Shown piece by piece: positions 1 to 10,790 of a stretch of 58,817 nucleotides of DNA (positions are counted from its first letter, which is position 1; each line of letters starts with the position of its first letter). Under the pieces are notes generated by a model. That model was given only the letters and a program-made list of their open reading frames with translations. It did no database searches and was not told where the DNA came from. The translations under genes and the position numbers were made by a program. The stretch is taken from the IMG/VR virus record IMGVR_UViG_3300004460_000011, positions 1 to 58,817 of that record, one strand, 5' to 3'. Source of the stretch: a virus. Its lineage: Duplodnaviria; Caudoviricetes.

Positions 1-107
1 TCCATATTATAATAAGTGCCTAATACATTATCAGTTGTAATGGTTCCTGTTGTAGTACTAGCCGTAGCAGCTCCAGTTGGTCCTTGTGGTCCTTGTGGCC
101 CTTGTTG
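1..107. repeat. Direct repeat copy A, matching 58528-58634
   Basis: Manual alignment gives 4 mismatches in 107 nt (positions 18, 23, 42, 70). Similarity continues into the collagen repeats. Confidence 0.95.
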
Positions 108-863
108 ACCAGTTGGTCCTTGTGGCCCTTGTTGACCAGTTGGTCCTTGTGGTCCTTGTTGACCAGTTGGTCCTTGTGGTCCTTGTGGTCCTTGTGGTCC
201 TTGTTGGCCAGCTGGTCCCTGAGGTCCTTGAGCACCACCGCCACCACCGCCACCGGTAGCACCCACATATTGAAATCCTGTTACATATAAATTAAAACCT
301 CCTGGATAATTACCACCTGAATTTGTATTAATAGCAGAAACTAAATCATTAGCTAAAAATAACAATCCCATATCATAATTCCATACCCATGCTACATAAC
401 CAGGAGTAGCATCTTGCTCTGCTGTTGTAAGAATTTCTTGTCCTCCAGCACTTGGATTACCACTCCATAATTTAATAGAATATCCTATAGATGCATTACC
501 ATTAGCTTGTGGTATAGAAGGTGGTTGAATCCAATTTTCTTCAACTCCACCAGATGGGGTGTCTAGTGTTGTATATGCAATCCATGTATTATCAGCACCT
601 GCAGTTACTCTACTTAATTGTAACGGTGATGCTGTTGTAGTTTCTCTAATATTGGTTGGGTCGGCAGCTGCATTAGATTGTGCAGTTGCTATATTAGCCG
701 CAACTGGAATAAGATTATAATTGGTTAATATTCTCGCTGGAATAACTTTAGGACTAAATGATAATTTAGACTCATACCATCTTGCCCCTGAATCAGCGTC
801 TATAACACCACCAGCCTGTACCTTAAAGGTTAACTTATTTACATCAGTTGTACTAAATCCCAT
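1..863 (-). CDS. Collagen-repeat fibre/virion protein, 3'-truncated by the window edge (absent from the ORF track)
   Basis: Manual translation from ATG at 863: [19 protein letters not shown]...[29 protein letters not shown]...[24 protein letters not shown]. Open for 287 codons to base 1, with GAATAAATA upstream. Confidence 0.9.
   Translation of the reverse strand, partial: MGFSTTDVNKLTFKVQAGGVIDADSGARWYESKLSFSPKVIPARILTNYNLIPVAANIATAQSNAAADPTNIRETTTASPLQLSRVTAGADNTWIAYTTLDTPSGGVEENWIQPPSIPQANGNASIGYSIKLWSGNPSAGGQEILTTAEQDATPGYVAWVWNYDMGLLFLANDLVSAINTNSGGNYPGGFNLYVTGFQYVGATGGGGGGGAQGPQGPAGQQGPQGPQGPQGPTGQQGPQGPTGQQGPQGPTGQQGPQGPQGPTGAATASTTTGTITTDNVLGTYYNM
72..230 (-). repeat. Collagen-like (G-X-Y)n tandem repeat
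   Basis: 9-nt periodic GGACCACAA/GGACCAACT/GGTCAACAA units encoding GPQ/GPT/GQQ. Confidence 0.95.
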
Positions 864-882
864 TTATATTGATTTCTTTTTA

Positions 883-891
883 TATTTATTC
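883..891 (-). promoter_or_regulatory. Putative late promoter GAATAAATA (T4 TATAAATA-like)
   Basis: A (G/A)ATA(A/T)ATA motif recurs 4-32 nt upstream of many starts: 883, 6144, 7869, 14572, 20356, 23207, 31854, 35778, 44386, 46606, 47803, 48160, 50517, 52560, 54401, 56076. The AT-rich background weakens any single call. Confidence 0.55.
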
Positions 892-902
892 ATCTTTATA
901 TC

Positions 903-3668
903 TTACCCTACCTCAGTTGTTCCGTTTGCATAAACTAATGTTACTATAGCGCTATCGATTCTTTGTGAAGTATCAATTAATTGTATTTCAATATAAAATC
1001 CTTCTAACGCATTAGATCCACCAAAAGTACCAGTTACTGTGTTACTCACTGTACTACCTGTTCTACATTGCCCTGAGCCATCTGCATTATCTATTGAAGT
1101 TGGAGGATCAGTAAATACTCCACTATTAAAACCTACACCATGCATTGAATGTGGAACTGCTGCAAAACCGATATTAGAAGATGTTGGTGAATTTTTCTTT
1201 CTTATATAAATTCTCATATTTGAATTTAGTAAAGAAGTAAATGCCGTTCCTCCAGTAAAAGTTCCAGTAAATGCTATTTCAAATGAAGCAATTACTAAAG
1301 CAGGATTAGCAGTTGTTTCAAATAATCTATGATATACTCCTGGATTAGTTAATGAAGTATAATCAGGGTTAGCAGTACCTAAATCTGGTTTATATCCTGA
1401 AACATTAGGTATTGTAGTATTATATCCACCACTTGGGCTATTACTTGAAGAACCATTATCTCTAAAGAATTTAAACGGTGTAACAATATTACTTCCTACA
1501 GTACATGCATTAGTAAACGGCCCGGCTGAACCAGATCCATTTGGAGTCTGTGTAGCATCTGCCAAACTTAAATTAGAATTCCATGCACTATATGCAGCAC
1601 CACCTCTTACTAATCTATATTGTTCATCTATAAAAGTTTCCCTTAATGTTGGATTACTTCCATTATTACCAGTAGTATTATAAGTATCTATTAATATAGA
1701 CTGTCCTGGTGTAGAAGTTTTTTGGGCTCCATTAGTCCAAGGGTCATACGGCCTAGCATTAATGCTTGCAGTCGAAGCTCTAAATCTCCAATTGCTATTA
1801 TTAATTGCCCAAGCAGTATATTCCCAGTCAATGTCTTGGTCATTATCTTCATCATTCCAATCTGTCCAAGTTCCTAAGTTACTACTAAATGGATAAGGTG
1901 CTTGTTGTAATGTTGGTAAATTATAATTTGGCCCTTGTGCTAATAGATTATATGTAGCACCACTACCAGATCTTCCTTGCGTATTTGCATTCCAATTATC
2001 AATTTCATTTACATTTATTGTAAATTGAGAACCGTCTACATAGTATTCTACACCACTTAAATGTTTTGTTTGAATTTGTCCAACCGTTTCTGCTATTGTC
2101 ACAGTTCCTGTTATAACTGATGAAGTTGGATTAGTATCAAAGAATACATCATTACTTTCTGCAACATATGAAGTAGAGCCTGTACCATTAGGACCAAAAT
2201 AAGGATATACATTTCCAGTATCCGTTACCGCATCAGTTTTCATTGAAATTTCAACATGAAAACGACCACCAGTATAACCAGCAGTTGCTAAAATATCGCC
2301 TATCTGTATTGTTACTGATACTGTAGCTTTAAATTTTGTAGTATCTGCTGACACAGTTCCAATAGTTACACTTATTTTAGTTGATCCACTAGTGGATGTA
2401 CCTGCTGCTGATAATGCGCCAGTAGTAAATGTATCTAATGAAGTTATACCATCAGCATCATAAACAGTTACAGTAATAGTAGCTGCATCAGGCAATGTTG
2501 TACTAGGATCACTAAATCCTGTACATACACCTGCTGTCGTAAACGTAAGATTACCATTTGCTGATGTATATGAAGGTTTATTGTTTGATGCCCATATTGC
2601 ATTAGCACCTCCACCCGTTCTATATGGAGATCCTTCGCCACCATTAGGAATACTTATTCTTGGTGATGAAGGAAATGATTGTGTATCCATTACTGCACTA
2701 CCTTGTGCATTAGTTTTATTAAAATAAGGAGCAAATGTTGGTGTTGGAATGTAAACATTTACTTGACCAGGAGTTCCACTATCTTCCGCCAATACATCAA
2801 CACCAATAAAATTCATGGTAGTATAATTTCCTATTGTTGTTCCCTCGTCTGCAACAGTAAGACTACCTCCACCTGCCGATGAAATAGTTATATTATTATT
2901 ACCATCATCTTCAAGTGTAATATTAGATCCTTCTTTTAAGAATACTGTATCAGTTGATCCAACACTAGGTACTAAATTAATACCTGCTGTTGTTGCTGTA
3001 ACTGTTGCAATTACACCTGTTACATCATCACCCGGACCATCTACAGTAAATGTATCACCTGGTGCATAATCCGCACCTGCTGCAACTACAGTTATTTGAT
3101 TTGCATCTATAACACCACCTGAAACAGTTCCTACTAATACTGTTAAGTTTCCATCACCGTTACCTGTAACTACTGTTGTTGCTAAAGTAGAGCCAGCCAC
3201 GTATAAAGTTCCTCCTGATGGATTAGTTAATGTCAATGCTGGTCCAGATTGTGAACTTGTTAAATCATAAGTATCACCTACTCCACTTGGTCCTTGTGGA
3301 CCTTGTTCACCAGTTAATCCTTGTGGACCTTGTGGACCTTGTTCACCAGTTAAACCTTGTGGTCCTTGTGGCCCTTGGGGACCTTGTGTACCACTACCTG
3401 CACCTACAAATAACCAATTATTTGCTACTGTATAGTTGGCAGCATCCTGTAAAACATAAACTCCATTATTAGCAGGTGTAGCATCATTCCATACAGTAAC
3501 AGTTAAACCATTAAATACATAAATACCACCGTCTAAAGCAGTCCATGTTGCTGTTAAAACTAAATCTGATTTAGAAGGTACAACAATCCTAGCATCTAAC
3601 GGTGCACCAACTTGTGGTTCAAAGTTATTACTGAATCCTATTCCTCCGCTTGGTCTATTTCCTGCCAT
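903..3668 (-). CDS. Virion fibre/decoration protein with N-terminal 'PLDAR' domain and short collagen repeat (921 aa)
   Basis: G/T/S/N-rich beta-type sequence, GPQ repeats at about 3282-3392, N-terminal ~90 aa paralogous to the 433-aa neighbour. Confidence 0.7.
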   Translation of the reverse strand: MAGNRPSGGIGFSNNFEPQVGAPLDARIVVPSKSDLVLTATWTALDGGIYVFNGLTVTVWNDATPANNGVYVLQDAANYTVANNWLFVGAGSGTQGPQGPQGPQGLTGEQGPQGPQGLTGEQGPQGPSGVGDTYDLTSSQSGPALTLTNPSGGTLYVAGSTLATTVVTGNGDGNLTVLVGTVSGGVIDANQITVVAAGADYAPGDTFTVDGPGDDVTGVIATVTATTAGINLVPSVGSTDTVFLKEGSNITLEDDGNNNITISSAGGGSLTVADEGTTIGNYTTMNFIGVDVLAEDSGTPGQVNVYIPTPTFAPYFNKTNAQGSAVMDTQSFPSSPRISIPNGGEGSPYRTGGGANAIWASNNKPSYTSANGNLTFTTAGVCTGFSDPSTTLPDAATITVTVYDADGITSLDTFTTGALSAAGTSTSGSTKISVTIGTVSADTTKFKATVSVTIQIGDILATAGYTGGRFHVEISMKTDAVTDTGNVYPYFGPNGTGSTSYVAESNDVFFDTNPTSSVITGTVTIAETVGQIQTKHLSGVEYYVDGSQFTINVNEIDNWNANTQGRSGSGATYNLLAQGPNYNLPTLQQAPYPFSSNLGTWTDWNDEDNDQDIDWEYTAWAINNSNWRFRASTASINARPYDPWTNGAQKTSTPGQSILIDTYNTTGNNGSNPTLRETFIDEQYRLVRGGAAYSAWNSNLSLADATQTPNGSGSAGPFTNACTVGSNIVTPFKFFRDNGSSSNSPSGGYNTTIPNVSGYKPDLGTANPDYTSLTNPGVYHRLFETTANPALVIASFEIAFTGTFTGGTAFTSLLNSNMRIYIRKKNSPTSSNIGFAAVPHSMHGVGFNSGVFTDPPTSIDNADGSGQCRTGSTVSNTVTGTFGGSNALEGFYIEIQLIDTSQRIDSAIVTLVYANGTTEVG

Positions 3669-3677
3669 ATTGTATTA

Positions 3678-4979
3678 TTATGATTTAAATCTATATTGCC
3701 CAGCACCTCTTGGATAACCTGCGTTATTTGTAAATCTAGTATAATTAATAATATTACCAGATCCTGTAGGTACTTCGTGTGTTGTTGCTGATGTTGTCCA
3801 ATCACTTAATGCTGAAGCCCCCCATTGGTTACTAAATGTATTAAAAAATTGTACTATATTTATTGTACTCCAACCAGCCTGTCCGCCACCTGCAATAGGA
3901 ATGTCTACTGTTTGCCTGTCAGCTGATGAAAATGATTCAGCTACTAATGATACTGTTGCATAACCTGACATACCAACTAATGATTGTTTAGTCATTGTAC
4001 TAATACTTGATGTAGTAGCAAATACGGGAAATACTCCTGTTATAGTTTTTGATATAGTACTTGTAGTTCCTGCTGATAATGCTCCAGGTGGATCAAAATC
4101 ACCACCTACACTATCTTTAGGCATTACTCCTGCATCAAATGAAACTGAATTTGTCCATGTATTTGCACCAGCTAAAATTGTATAAGCTCCTGTTGTTGCT
4201 TGGACTGGCCCTAAGCTACTTGAAGAAATAGGAGAAACTCCAGTACCATTAAAATTATATGTATTAGGTAATCCACTTCTTTTATTACTTGCAGAAGTAT
4301 ATTGCGGGTTTATAAGCCCTTGGTTAAATGTTGCATCAAGAGTTACTGGTACGTTTGCTCCAATTTCTTGAAATGACGCGCCTGGTGAAATTGATAAAGT
4401 AGCAGATGGTGCCGTTAATGCTGGATTTAATGTAGGATATAACATTTTATTCATCATTGCTTCAAAAGTTTCATTTGTAAACGTTTCCCCAGTTGGTATA
4501 TTATCAAAAGGTGAATTACCTGGAAACGGTTGAGGTGTTGGTGTAGCATTAGTATAAGAACCTAGGCCGCCTGAAATTGCAACTTCAATATTTCCTGATC
4601 CAGGCACAGCTTCTGTAACAGTAACCCCAGTTCCTGTAAAATCTATTTTTTTTACATCTGTAGTAATAGATGTTCCATCGTCTTCAATTTCAATAGCTTG
4701 GCCACTACCACCACCTACAAATTTCCAATTATTAATATCTTGGTAACCAGCAATACTTAATAATATATAGACACCATTATTAGCCGGGGTAGTATCTTCA
4801 GCAACCGCCACAGTCATACCTACATAAATATAAGAACCTCCATCATTAGCTACCCACGTGTCTGCTAAAAGCAAATCAGCTTGAGTAGGTACAATAGCTC
4901 TCGCATCAAGTGGTGAAGAAATTTGTGGTTCAAAATTTCCTGAAAAATTAAATAATCCGTTTGTTCTATTTCCTGCCAT
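3678..4979 (-). CDS. Virion structural protein (433 aa), PLDAR N-domain plus 'MLYPTLNP' C-domain
   Basis: Shares its N-terminus with the 921-aa ORF and its C-terminal ~290 aa with the 377-aa ORF. Confidence 0.7.
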   Translation of the reverse strand: MAGNRTNGLFNFSGNFEPQISSPLDARAIVPTQADLLLADTWVANDGGSYIYVGMTVAVAEDTTPANNGVYILLSIAGYQDINNWKFVGGGSGQAIEIEDDGTSITTDVKKIDFTGTGVTVTEAVPGSGNIEVAISGGLGSYTNATPTPQPFPGNSPFDNIPTGETFTNETFEAMMNKMLYPTLNPALTAPSATLSISPGASFQEIGANVPVTLDATFNQGLINPQYTSASNKRSGLPNTYNFNGTGVSPISSSSLGPVQATTGAYTILAGANTWTNSVSFDAGVMPKDSVGGDFDPPGALSAGTTSTISKTITGVFPVFATTSSISTMTKQSLVGMSGYATVSLVAESFSSADRQTVDIPIAGGGQAGWSTINIVQFFNTFSNQWGASALSDWTTSATTHEVPTGSGNIINYTRFTNNAGYPRGAGQYRFKS

Positions 4980-4988
4980 ATTATATTA

Positions 4989-6122
4989 TTATGTTGTAAA
5001 TTGTAATTGCCTAGCACCAATAGTATTACCATTGTGTGTATAGAGTTTATAAGCTACTGACGTACCATCAGGAGAATTTCTATTTTCATTAGTTACAGTA
5101 AATGCAGCTAAGCCATTAGGAACAACTTCAAATTGATTTGTAAATGGACTAAATTGTTTTAATCCTGTAATTGTCGACCAAGCAGCAGGTATTGATATTG
5201 CTTGCTTAGGGCCACTTGGGACTTCGGCAACCATAGATACTTGAATTGCTGAAGTCATTGATTGTAAACTCTGTGGTGAAAGTGTACCAGCAGTAGCAGT
5301 TGTTGCAAAGACACGGTATACACCTGTTATAGTTCTAGTAATAGTACTTGTTGTACCTGTTGGTAGTGGGTTACCAAAATCACCACCACTACTATCTTTT
5401 GGTTGAACACCAGCAGAATAATCAACTGATCCTGTCCAGGATTGTGATCCTAATAAAACCAAGTAATTTGAAACTGTTTGAGCGTTTGAGGTACTAGTGC
5501 TTGCAACTGTAGTAGGCAAACCTGTACCTGTATAATCATAATCTGTTGGAAGCCCACTTCTAAACGGGCTTGCTGATGTATATTGTGGACTTATAGATCC
5601 TCTATTAAGTGTTGCATTAAAATTTAATGTTCCTAATGTTGCACCAGTTTCCTGAAGACCTTGTTGAGTTAATGTAAATGTTGAAAAAGGGCTAGATAAT
5701 GATGGATTTAATGTTGGATATAACATGGCATTCATCATCTCTGTAAATGTTTGATCTGTAAATGTTGTACCTGCTGCAATATTAGCAAATGCACCAGTCC
5801 CTGGAAAGGATTGTGGCATAGCTGTTGTATTTGTATAATTACCTCCTCCACTATAAACAGGAATATTTAAAATTCCAGCACCCGATAATGTTGCAGGACC
5901 TGATGAACCTATTGTTGTTAATCCACCAAACGGTACGCCACCTTGTGCATTAATTGTTACAGTAGTACCTGATGGTGTGGTTACGGTATTAAGCGTAACA
6001 CCTGTCCCTGCTACAAGAACTGGGTTATATGTAGAGTCAATTAGATCTACTAATGAATCTTGCGTCATTAAATCTCCACTTTCAAAAAGTGCTTTTAATT
6101 GATACTTAAGTAATACGGACAT
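4989..6122 (-). CDS. Virion structural protein (377 aa), paralog of the 433-aa C-domain
   Basis: TFTDQTFTEMMNAMLYPTLNP matches TFTNETFEAMMNKMLYPTLNP. Late motif upstream. Confidence 0.7.
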   Translation of the reverse strand: MSVLLKYQLKALFESGDLMTQDSLVDLIDSTYNPVLVAGTGVTLNTVTTPSGTTVTINAQGGVPFGGLTTIGSSGPATLSGAGILNIPVYSGGGNYTNTTAMPQSFPGTGAFANIAAGTTFTDQTFTEMMNAMLYPTLNPSLSSPFSTFTLTQQGLQETGATLGTLNFNATLNRGSISPQYTSASPFRSGLPTDYDYTGTGLPTTVASTSTSNAQTVSNYLVLLGSQSWTGSVDYSAGVQPKDSSGGDFGNPLPTGTTSTITRTITGVYRVFATTATAGTLSPQSLQSMTSAIQVSMVAEVPSGPKQAISIPAAWSTITGLKQFSPFTNQFEVVPNGLAAFTVTNENRNSPDGTSVAYKLYTHNGNTIGARQLQFTT

Positions 6123-6149
6123 AGCAGTTGATAGTATTTGTTTTATTTA

Positions 6150-6542
6150 TCAACCCTTCATGATATTTAAAAACTTATCAAATGATACTAGGTGCTTTTT
6201 CTTCTTTTTCTTTTTCTTCTTTTTAATAGGCTCCAATAAATCACCGCTTCCGGTTTGTTGGCTACTAAAAGAATTTGCAGAACCTGGATTCCCAGGAAGT
6301 GTAGCATTACCCATGCTCTGAACATTCATGTTCGGATTAAGGTTTACTGTACCGGACTCGTTTTCTCCTATCTTGTTAGGTATTTCTTTTTCGTCAGTTT
6401 TAACAAAATCTTCTAATGTTTTAACTGGCAATTTTGACAACTCTTTAACCTCATCTGAAACATCAGAGGATTTAAGTTCTCCTTTTTTATATTGTAATGC
6501 TAATGCAAAAAATCTTCTTTGCGCTTTTGATTGAGCTGGCAT
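6150..6542 (-). CDS. DUF3008-like small protein with K10 tract
   Basis: N-terminus MPAQSKAQRRFFALAL resembles DUF3008 (MPAxSKAQ). C-terminus is K10 followed by HLVSFDKFLN. Confidence 0.6.
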   Translation of the reverse strand: MPAQSKAQRRFFALALQYKKGELKSSDVSDEVKELSKLPVKTLEDFVKTDEKEIPNKIGENESGTVNLNPNMNVQSMGNATLPGNPGSANSFSSQQTGSGDLLEPIKKKKKKKKKKHLVSFDKFLNIMKG

Positions 6543-7864
6543 TATTTAATGTTCTTTTTTAAGAATGCTGTACAAAAATTTAATAATTCTTTTCTTGCTG
6601 GAGCAATATCACTCTTTTCTGTTGCAGGGCCACTTTTCCATTCTATCCAACCTTCTACTATTTCTTCTAATCCTTCTTCAAGACCACGCATAAGTTCAAT
6701 ATACTCTTCATTAATTTTACTTTCATTATAACTAACAATATCAGAATATTTAATTTCGTGTTCTCCGCCGTCTTGATCTAATGCAAAAATCGTTTTATCT
6801 CCCCACATCGAATCATTATCATCGTTACCATTATCAAATGCATAAATAACATATTCTTGGCCGTTACCTAATTGAATCATACCATCATCTTTTTTCATGG
6901 CTTTAATTAGACTCTTTTTATTAAATTTTGCTTCATTAATTTTAAAGCTATCTAATGATTTTAAATTTTTCATATTTTCATTTTCTTTTATTGGTTGCAT
7001 TATAGTTTGTAATGGTTTATAAAATCCATGTATACTTTTAGGAGTCATTTTCTTAAAAGTCTTTTCATCATCTATCTTTAAAGCATTACGAACTTTAGAT
7101 GCTGATATATTTTCTTCACCTCTTTTTATTTCAAATCCTTTAAAGCTTGGGTCAACTCCTAAATCATCTCGATATGATTGTTTATTAATCATATTACCGT
7201 ATGCTTTCTTTCTATCAGTACCATAACCCCACATCATAGGTTCATATGTTGGTCTTGCTGCTGCAAACATTGTATCAATTGCTCCATTAGGAACTACAAA
7301 GCTTGCTTCTAAAAAAGGATATTGCTTTTTCATTTTAGCAAACATAGCTTGTTGCATATCTTCATCAAATGGCCTTTTCTCTGGATCAGCTTTACCACCT
7401 CTTACCATATAAACTACAACAGGTAAACCATTTTCTTTATACATTTTTTCAAATACTTTAACATGACCTAATGTAAAAGGTTGAAATCTACCAACAAACA
7501 TGTTTACTGGTTTTTTACCTTTTTCTTTATGAGGTACATTTAAAGCTTCATTAAGTATTGTGGTTTTATTCTTTACTCTTAATCCATAAGGAGAAAGTGA
7601 AAAAGTTTTGATTCCTGCTTGGTCTTCACTGATATTAAATAAAGTTTTATTTCTACCTAACCATCTTTTATTAGCGCTAAGCTCTGAAAGAATTTTAGAC
7701 ATTTCTTCTTCAGTAATATGACCATCTGAAATAGCATCTAAAATTACACTTCTGATTCTAGCATTTGTAGATACATTCTTAGCAGGATATGCCTCTGTAT
7801 ATCTTCTCTTTACTACAATCTTTTTTTCATTTAAGAAATTATTTAAATCATTTATGTTATCCAT
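6542..7864 (-). CDS. HxGH cytidyltransferase-like nucleotidyltransferase, multidomain putative internal head protein
   Basis: MFVGRFQPFTLGH motif, GTDR and ISASKVR, flanked by FLNE/ILNE/KINE putative protease sites. Confidence 0.8.
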   Translation of the reverse strand: MDNINDLNNFLNEKKIVVKRRYTEAYPAKNVSTNARIRSVILDAISDGHITEEEMSKILSELSANKRWLGRNKTLFNISEDQAGIKTFSLSPYGLRVKNKTTILNEALNVPHKEKGKKPVNMFVGRFQPFTLGHVKVFEKMYKENGLPVVVYMVRGGKADPEKRPFDEDMQQAMFAKMKKQYPFLEASFVVPNGAIDTMFAAARPTYEPMMWGYGTDRKKAYGNMINKQSYRDDLGVDPSFKGFEIKRGEENISASKVRNALKIDDEKTFKKMTPKSIHGFYKPLQTIMQPIKENENMKNLKSLDSFKINEAKFNKKSLIKAMKKDDGMIQLGNGQEYVIYAFDNGNDDNDSMWGDKTIFALDQDGGEHEIKYSDIVSYNESKINEEYIELMRGLEEGLEEIVEGWIEWKSGPATEKSDIAPARKELLNFCTAFLKKNIK

Positions 7865-7875
7865 ATCTTATATAT

Positions 7876-10668
7876 TTACTTTAGTATTCTTATCCCCATA
7901 TTAGCATTAAAAGGATTACTCATACTTCCCTTTTGTTCAAATACAAATGTAGCTTTAGAAAATGGAACTGTTTTAAATTGAAACAATCCTTTCTTAACTA
8001 AAACATCTAAGTATAATTGTTTAACATCAGTTACTACTTGTGAATACTGTGTTAATTCCTTTGTATATTTTTCATTAAGTGTTTTAGTAGCCTCAACCAT
8101 TAAAGGATAAAATACTATGCCTATTCTATTTTTACCTAATGCAATATAGCCATCATATGCTGCCTTTAATTTTTTATCATTCCAAGCCATACCTGACCTT
8201 GTCCATAATGTATTTAAGAATTCTTTAAACTTACTTTCATCTAAATGTAATTCATCTAAGAAAGACACAACTGAATCTTGTGTTAATAAGTTAGGCTGAA
8301 GTTTAGATTCTGAAGTTAAATACCAATAACCTGAATTAGCTTTATCTACAATGTTTACATTACATAAATTCATTACAGTATTATAAATACCACTTCTTGC
8401 TAGCTTTGTTGGATTAGTCCATACTTTTATTACATAATTATAAAAGTCTTGTTCTTGTATTGTACTAAAATCTAATTTATCATCTAAGTACATTGAAGAT
8501 ATTCTTTGGATAATAGTATCACCACTAGGAGTACCACCTCTACCTGCTTTTGATGATATCGCATAATTATCAAAATAAAAATCTACTAGTTTTTCATTGG
8601 AATTAATTGGATATCTTATACCTTTACCAGTATCTTGTAATAAATTAAATAGCATAAAGCCACCTAATATTTCACCGTAATCATTTTGAAAATTTTGAAT
8701 TGATAATTGATCTATACCATCAAATAAAGATTCTGTAATTTTATAATTTAAGATTTGTGTTGGTGCATTTGCATATTTATTAAAATTAGTAAATTTTCCA
8801 CTATTACTACTATCTATAACTTCACGAGTTGATTGCAAAATAAACTCTTTATAATTATCAGGATATTTTGAAGCTTTAATATAAGGTTCTACTTTAGCAT
8901 ATAATGCAGCTGCGTTATGATATTCATGTTTTGGTAAACCTAATCTATCTGGAGTTAAATCTTTTCTACCTATAACTGAAGCCTCTCCAGTCTTTTTAGA
9001 AATCTTATATCTATTTGTTATAATAAAGAAATCACTAATTCCATAATCTTGACCTAGCTTATTCTTAACACCTCTTTGTATTATTATTTTATAAGCAGAA
9101 TAGTCAGATGAAATAACACCTACTGGTAAACTTTCTATTTTATAAGTATTTGGTTTAATACCAGCATGCTTAAGTAAAAAATCTTTTATAGATTTTTCTG
9201 CTGTTCCGTCGTTAGGTCCAAAGTTAGCTCTAAGTACTTCACCAGTATCTCCCTTTCTTGAAGATACACCAGTCACATCAGTTGATTTAGAATATTTCTT
9301 ATATCCATTTTTCCAAAATTCCTCTATACTTTTTTTGGTTATCTTCTTAGCTTCATTTAATATATCTACTTTAGCTAAGTTAATAAATTTATTATAGTTT
9401 AATACTTTTTCTTCAATAATCAGTTCTTCTAAATCTTTATGATTTATTTCTTCAGTAAGCTTATTATTTAAATAGTTACCAAAAGTTTTAAATTCATTTG
9501 ATGTTTGTTTATTAATAGTATCAGATATCTTATTTACTAATTTATTAAAATCTTCAATTACCGATGCTGTCATTACTGCACCTATTCGATTAGAGTTTCT
9601 TTTCTTTCTTAGCGAACCTACCATTATTTTATATAGGTTTTGTAACTTTGGGGATTTTTGTAGTATTTCTTTTGTTCTACTATTTTTAATTAAATCTAAA
9701 TTCATATTAAATTCAGGACCTTTAGCAAATTCAGCCTTTTCAATATCTAACTTTTGTAAATCAACTCCTCTTTTTGCAATATAGTCATTAAATAGATTTG
9801 ACATTAATTCCAAATACCTTTCACTTGGTATTGAAGTTAATAGTTCACCGCCTCTTAATCCTCTTTCTTCTATAAAAGCTAAGATATCTAACAAAAGTAT
9901 TTCATTAATATCAGCAGGAGCTCTTCTTAAATCAATAGGTTCTTTTTCTTTCATTAAAGCTTCAGTATAAGGATCAATCATTTTAGCCGCAAAGACTTGA
10001 TTAGTTCCTTGTTTAAAAAACTTAAAGATAATAGAATCTATAGGTTTATTTAAATCATCTTGTAAAGTAGTTTGTGTAATGGTTGGATTTAAACAAGTAA
10101 TTAAATATTTAGCAAATGAACTAGTACCAAAAATCTCTAAATGATCTTCTTTAGGTGTAGAAAGAAATTCTCTAATCTTTCTTTTTTGGTCTTCTTTTAA
10201 ATAACCACTAAATATTGGAATAAGTGGAGTTACTTGAAATGCAGATGCCCAGTCTCTTAGTACTCTAGGATCTTCTATAACTTTAGCAATTTTACCTTTT
10301 GCATTTCTAATTTGAATATGAGTAAGTATTAAACCATTCTTTGGCACATTATCATACTCAATTGCACCAGGTTGATTATTAACAAAGTATTGAAAACAAA
10401 ATCTCCAATATTCTGGCAAGTCTTCTATGTTATTAATTGTTTGTGAAAGTATGTATTGAATTGCAGGTTCATAATACATCATTAGTGTTCTATCCACTAA
10501 ATTAATAGGTTGCTTATTACTACCTTTAAAAAATTTTAATTCACTACCATGCCTTTCAAATGAGAATGATGATCCTGATAGCTTTTCAGTCACTAATAGG
10601 TAATCCTTAAATAGATCATCTACGAATTGTTGCCCTGCTTCTTTATATATGTTTGTTAACTCTTTCAT
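7876..10668 (-). CDS. 930-aa fusion of an N-terminal ligase-fold-like domain and a C-terminal PD-(D/E)xK-like nuclease domain
   Basis: LLVTEKLSGSSFSF resembles ligase motif I (EKxDG). DYGEILGG...YPINSNEKLVDF...YAISSKAG resembles a restriction-endonuclease-like core. Confidence 0.55.
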   Translation of the reverse strand: MKELTNIYKEAGQQFVDDLFKDYLLVTEKLSGSSFSFERHGSELKFFKGSNKQPINLVDRTLMMYYEPAIQYILSQTINNIEDLPEYWRFCFQYFVNNQPGAIEYDNVPKNGLILTHIQIRNAKGKIAKVIEDPRVLRDWASAFQVTPLIPIFSGYLKEDQKRKIREFLSTPKEDHLEIFGTSSFAKYLITCLNPTITQTTLQDDLNKPIDSIIFKFFKQGTNQVFAAKMIDPYTEALMKEKEPIDLRRAPADINEILLLDILAFIEERGLRGGELLTSIPSERYLELMSNLFNDYIAKRGVDLQKLDIEKAEFAKGPEFNMNLDLIKNSRTKEILQKSPKLQNLYKIMVGSLRKKRNSNRIGAVMTASVIEDFNKLVNKISDTINKQTSNEFKTFGNYLNNKLTEEINHKDLEELIIEEKVLNYNKFINLAKVDILNEAKKITKKSIEEFWKNGYKKYSKSTDVTGVSSRKGDTGEVLRANFGPNDGTAEKSIKDFLLKHAGIKPNTYKIESLPVGVISSDYSAYKIIIQRGVKNKLGQDYGISDFFIITNRYKISKKTGEASVIGRKDLTPDRLGLPKHEYHNAAALYAKVEPYIKASKYPDNYKEFILQSTREVIDSSNSGKFTNFNKYANAPTQILNYKITESLFDGIDQLSIQNFQNDYGEILGGFMLFNLLQDTGKGIRYPINSNEKLVDFYFDNYAISSKAGRGGTPSGDTIIQRISSMYLDDKLDFSTIQEQDFYNYVIKVWTNPTKLARSGIYNTVMNLCNVNIVDKANSGYWYLTSESKLQPNLLTQDSVVSFLDELHLDESKFKEFLNTLWTRSGMAWNDKKLKAAYDGYIALGKNRIGIVFYPLMVEATKTLNEKYTKELTQYSQVVTDVKQLYLDVLVKKGLFQFKTVPFSKATFVFEQKGSMSNPFNANMGIRILK

Positions 10669-10721
10669 TATTAGTTTTTAGTTATACCTTTTATATATTA
10701 GATTTAAAGAATGTTTAAAAC

Positions 10722-10750
10722 AAAAAAGATGAGTCGTTTAACTCACCTCT
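10722..10750 (-). terminator. Rho-independent terminator
   Basis: Minus strand GAGGTGAGT-TAAACG-ACTCATCTT then a T run, just after the 108-aa ORF. Confidence 0.8.
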
Positions 10751-10790
10751 AATACACTTATATTATTTTCCTATTATTATTACATATTGA

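Noticed and set aside
72-230. Possible CRISPR array (also 58600-58768 and 13400-13700)
   Set aside because: Codon-phased coding repeats without unique spacers, and no cas genes.
20-290. Repetitive ORFs 20..268, 77..259 and 84..290
   Set aside because: Alternative-frame or antisense shadows of the collagen repeat in the 1-863 gene.
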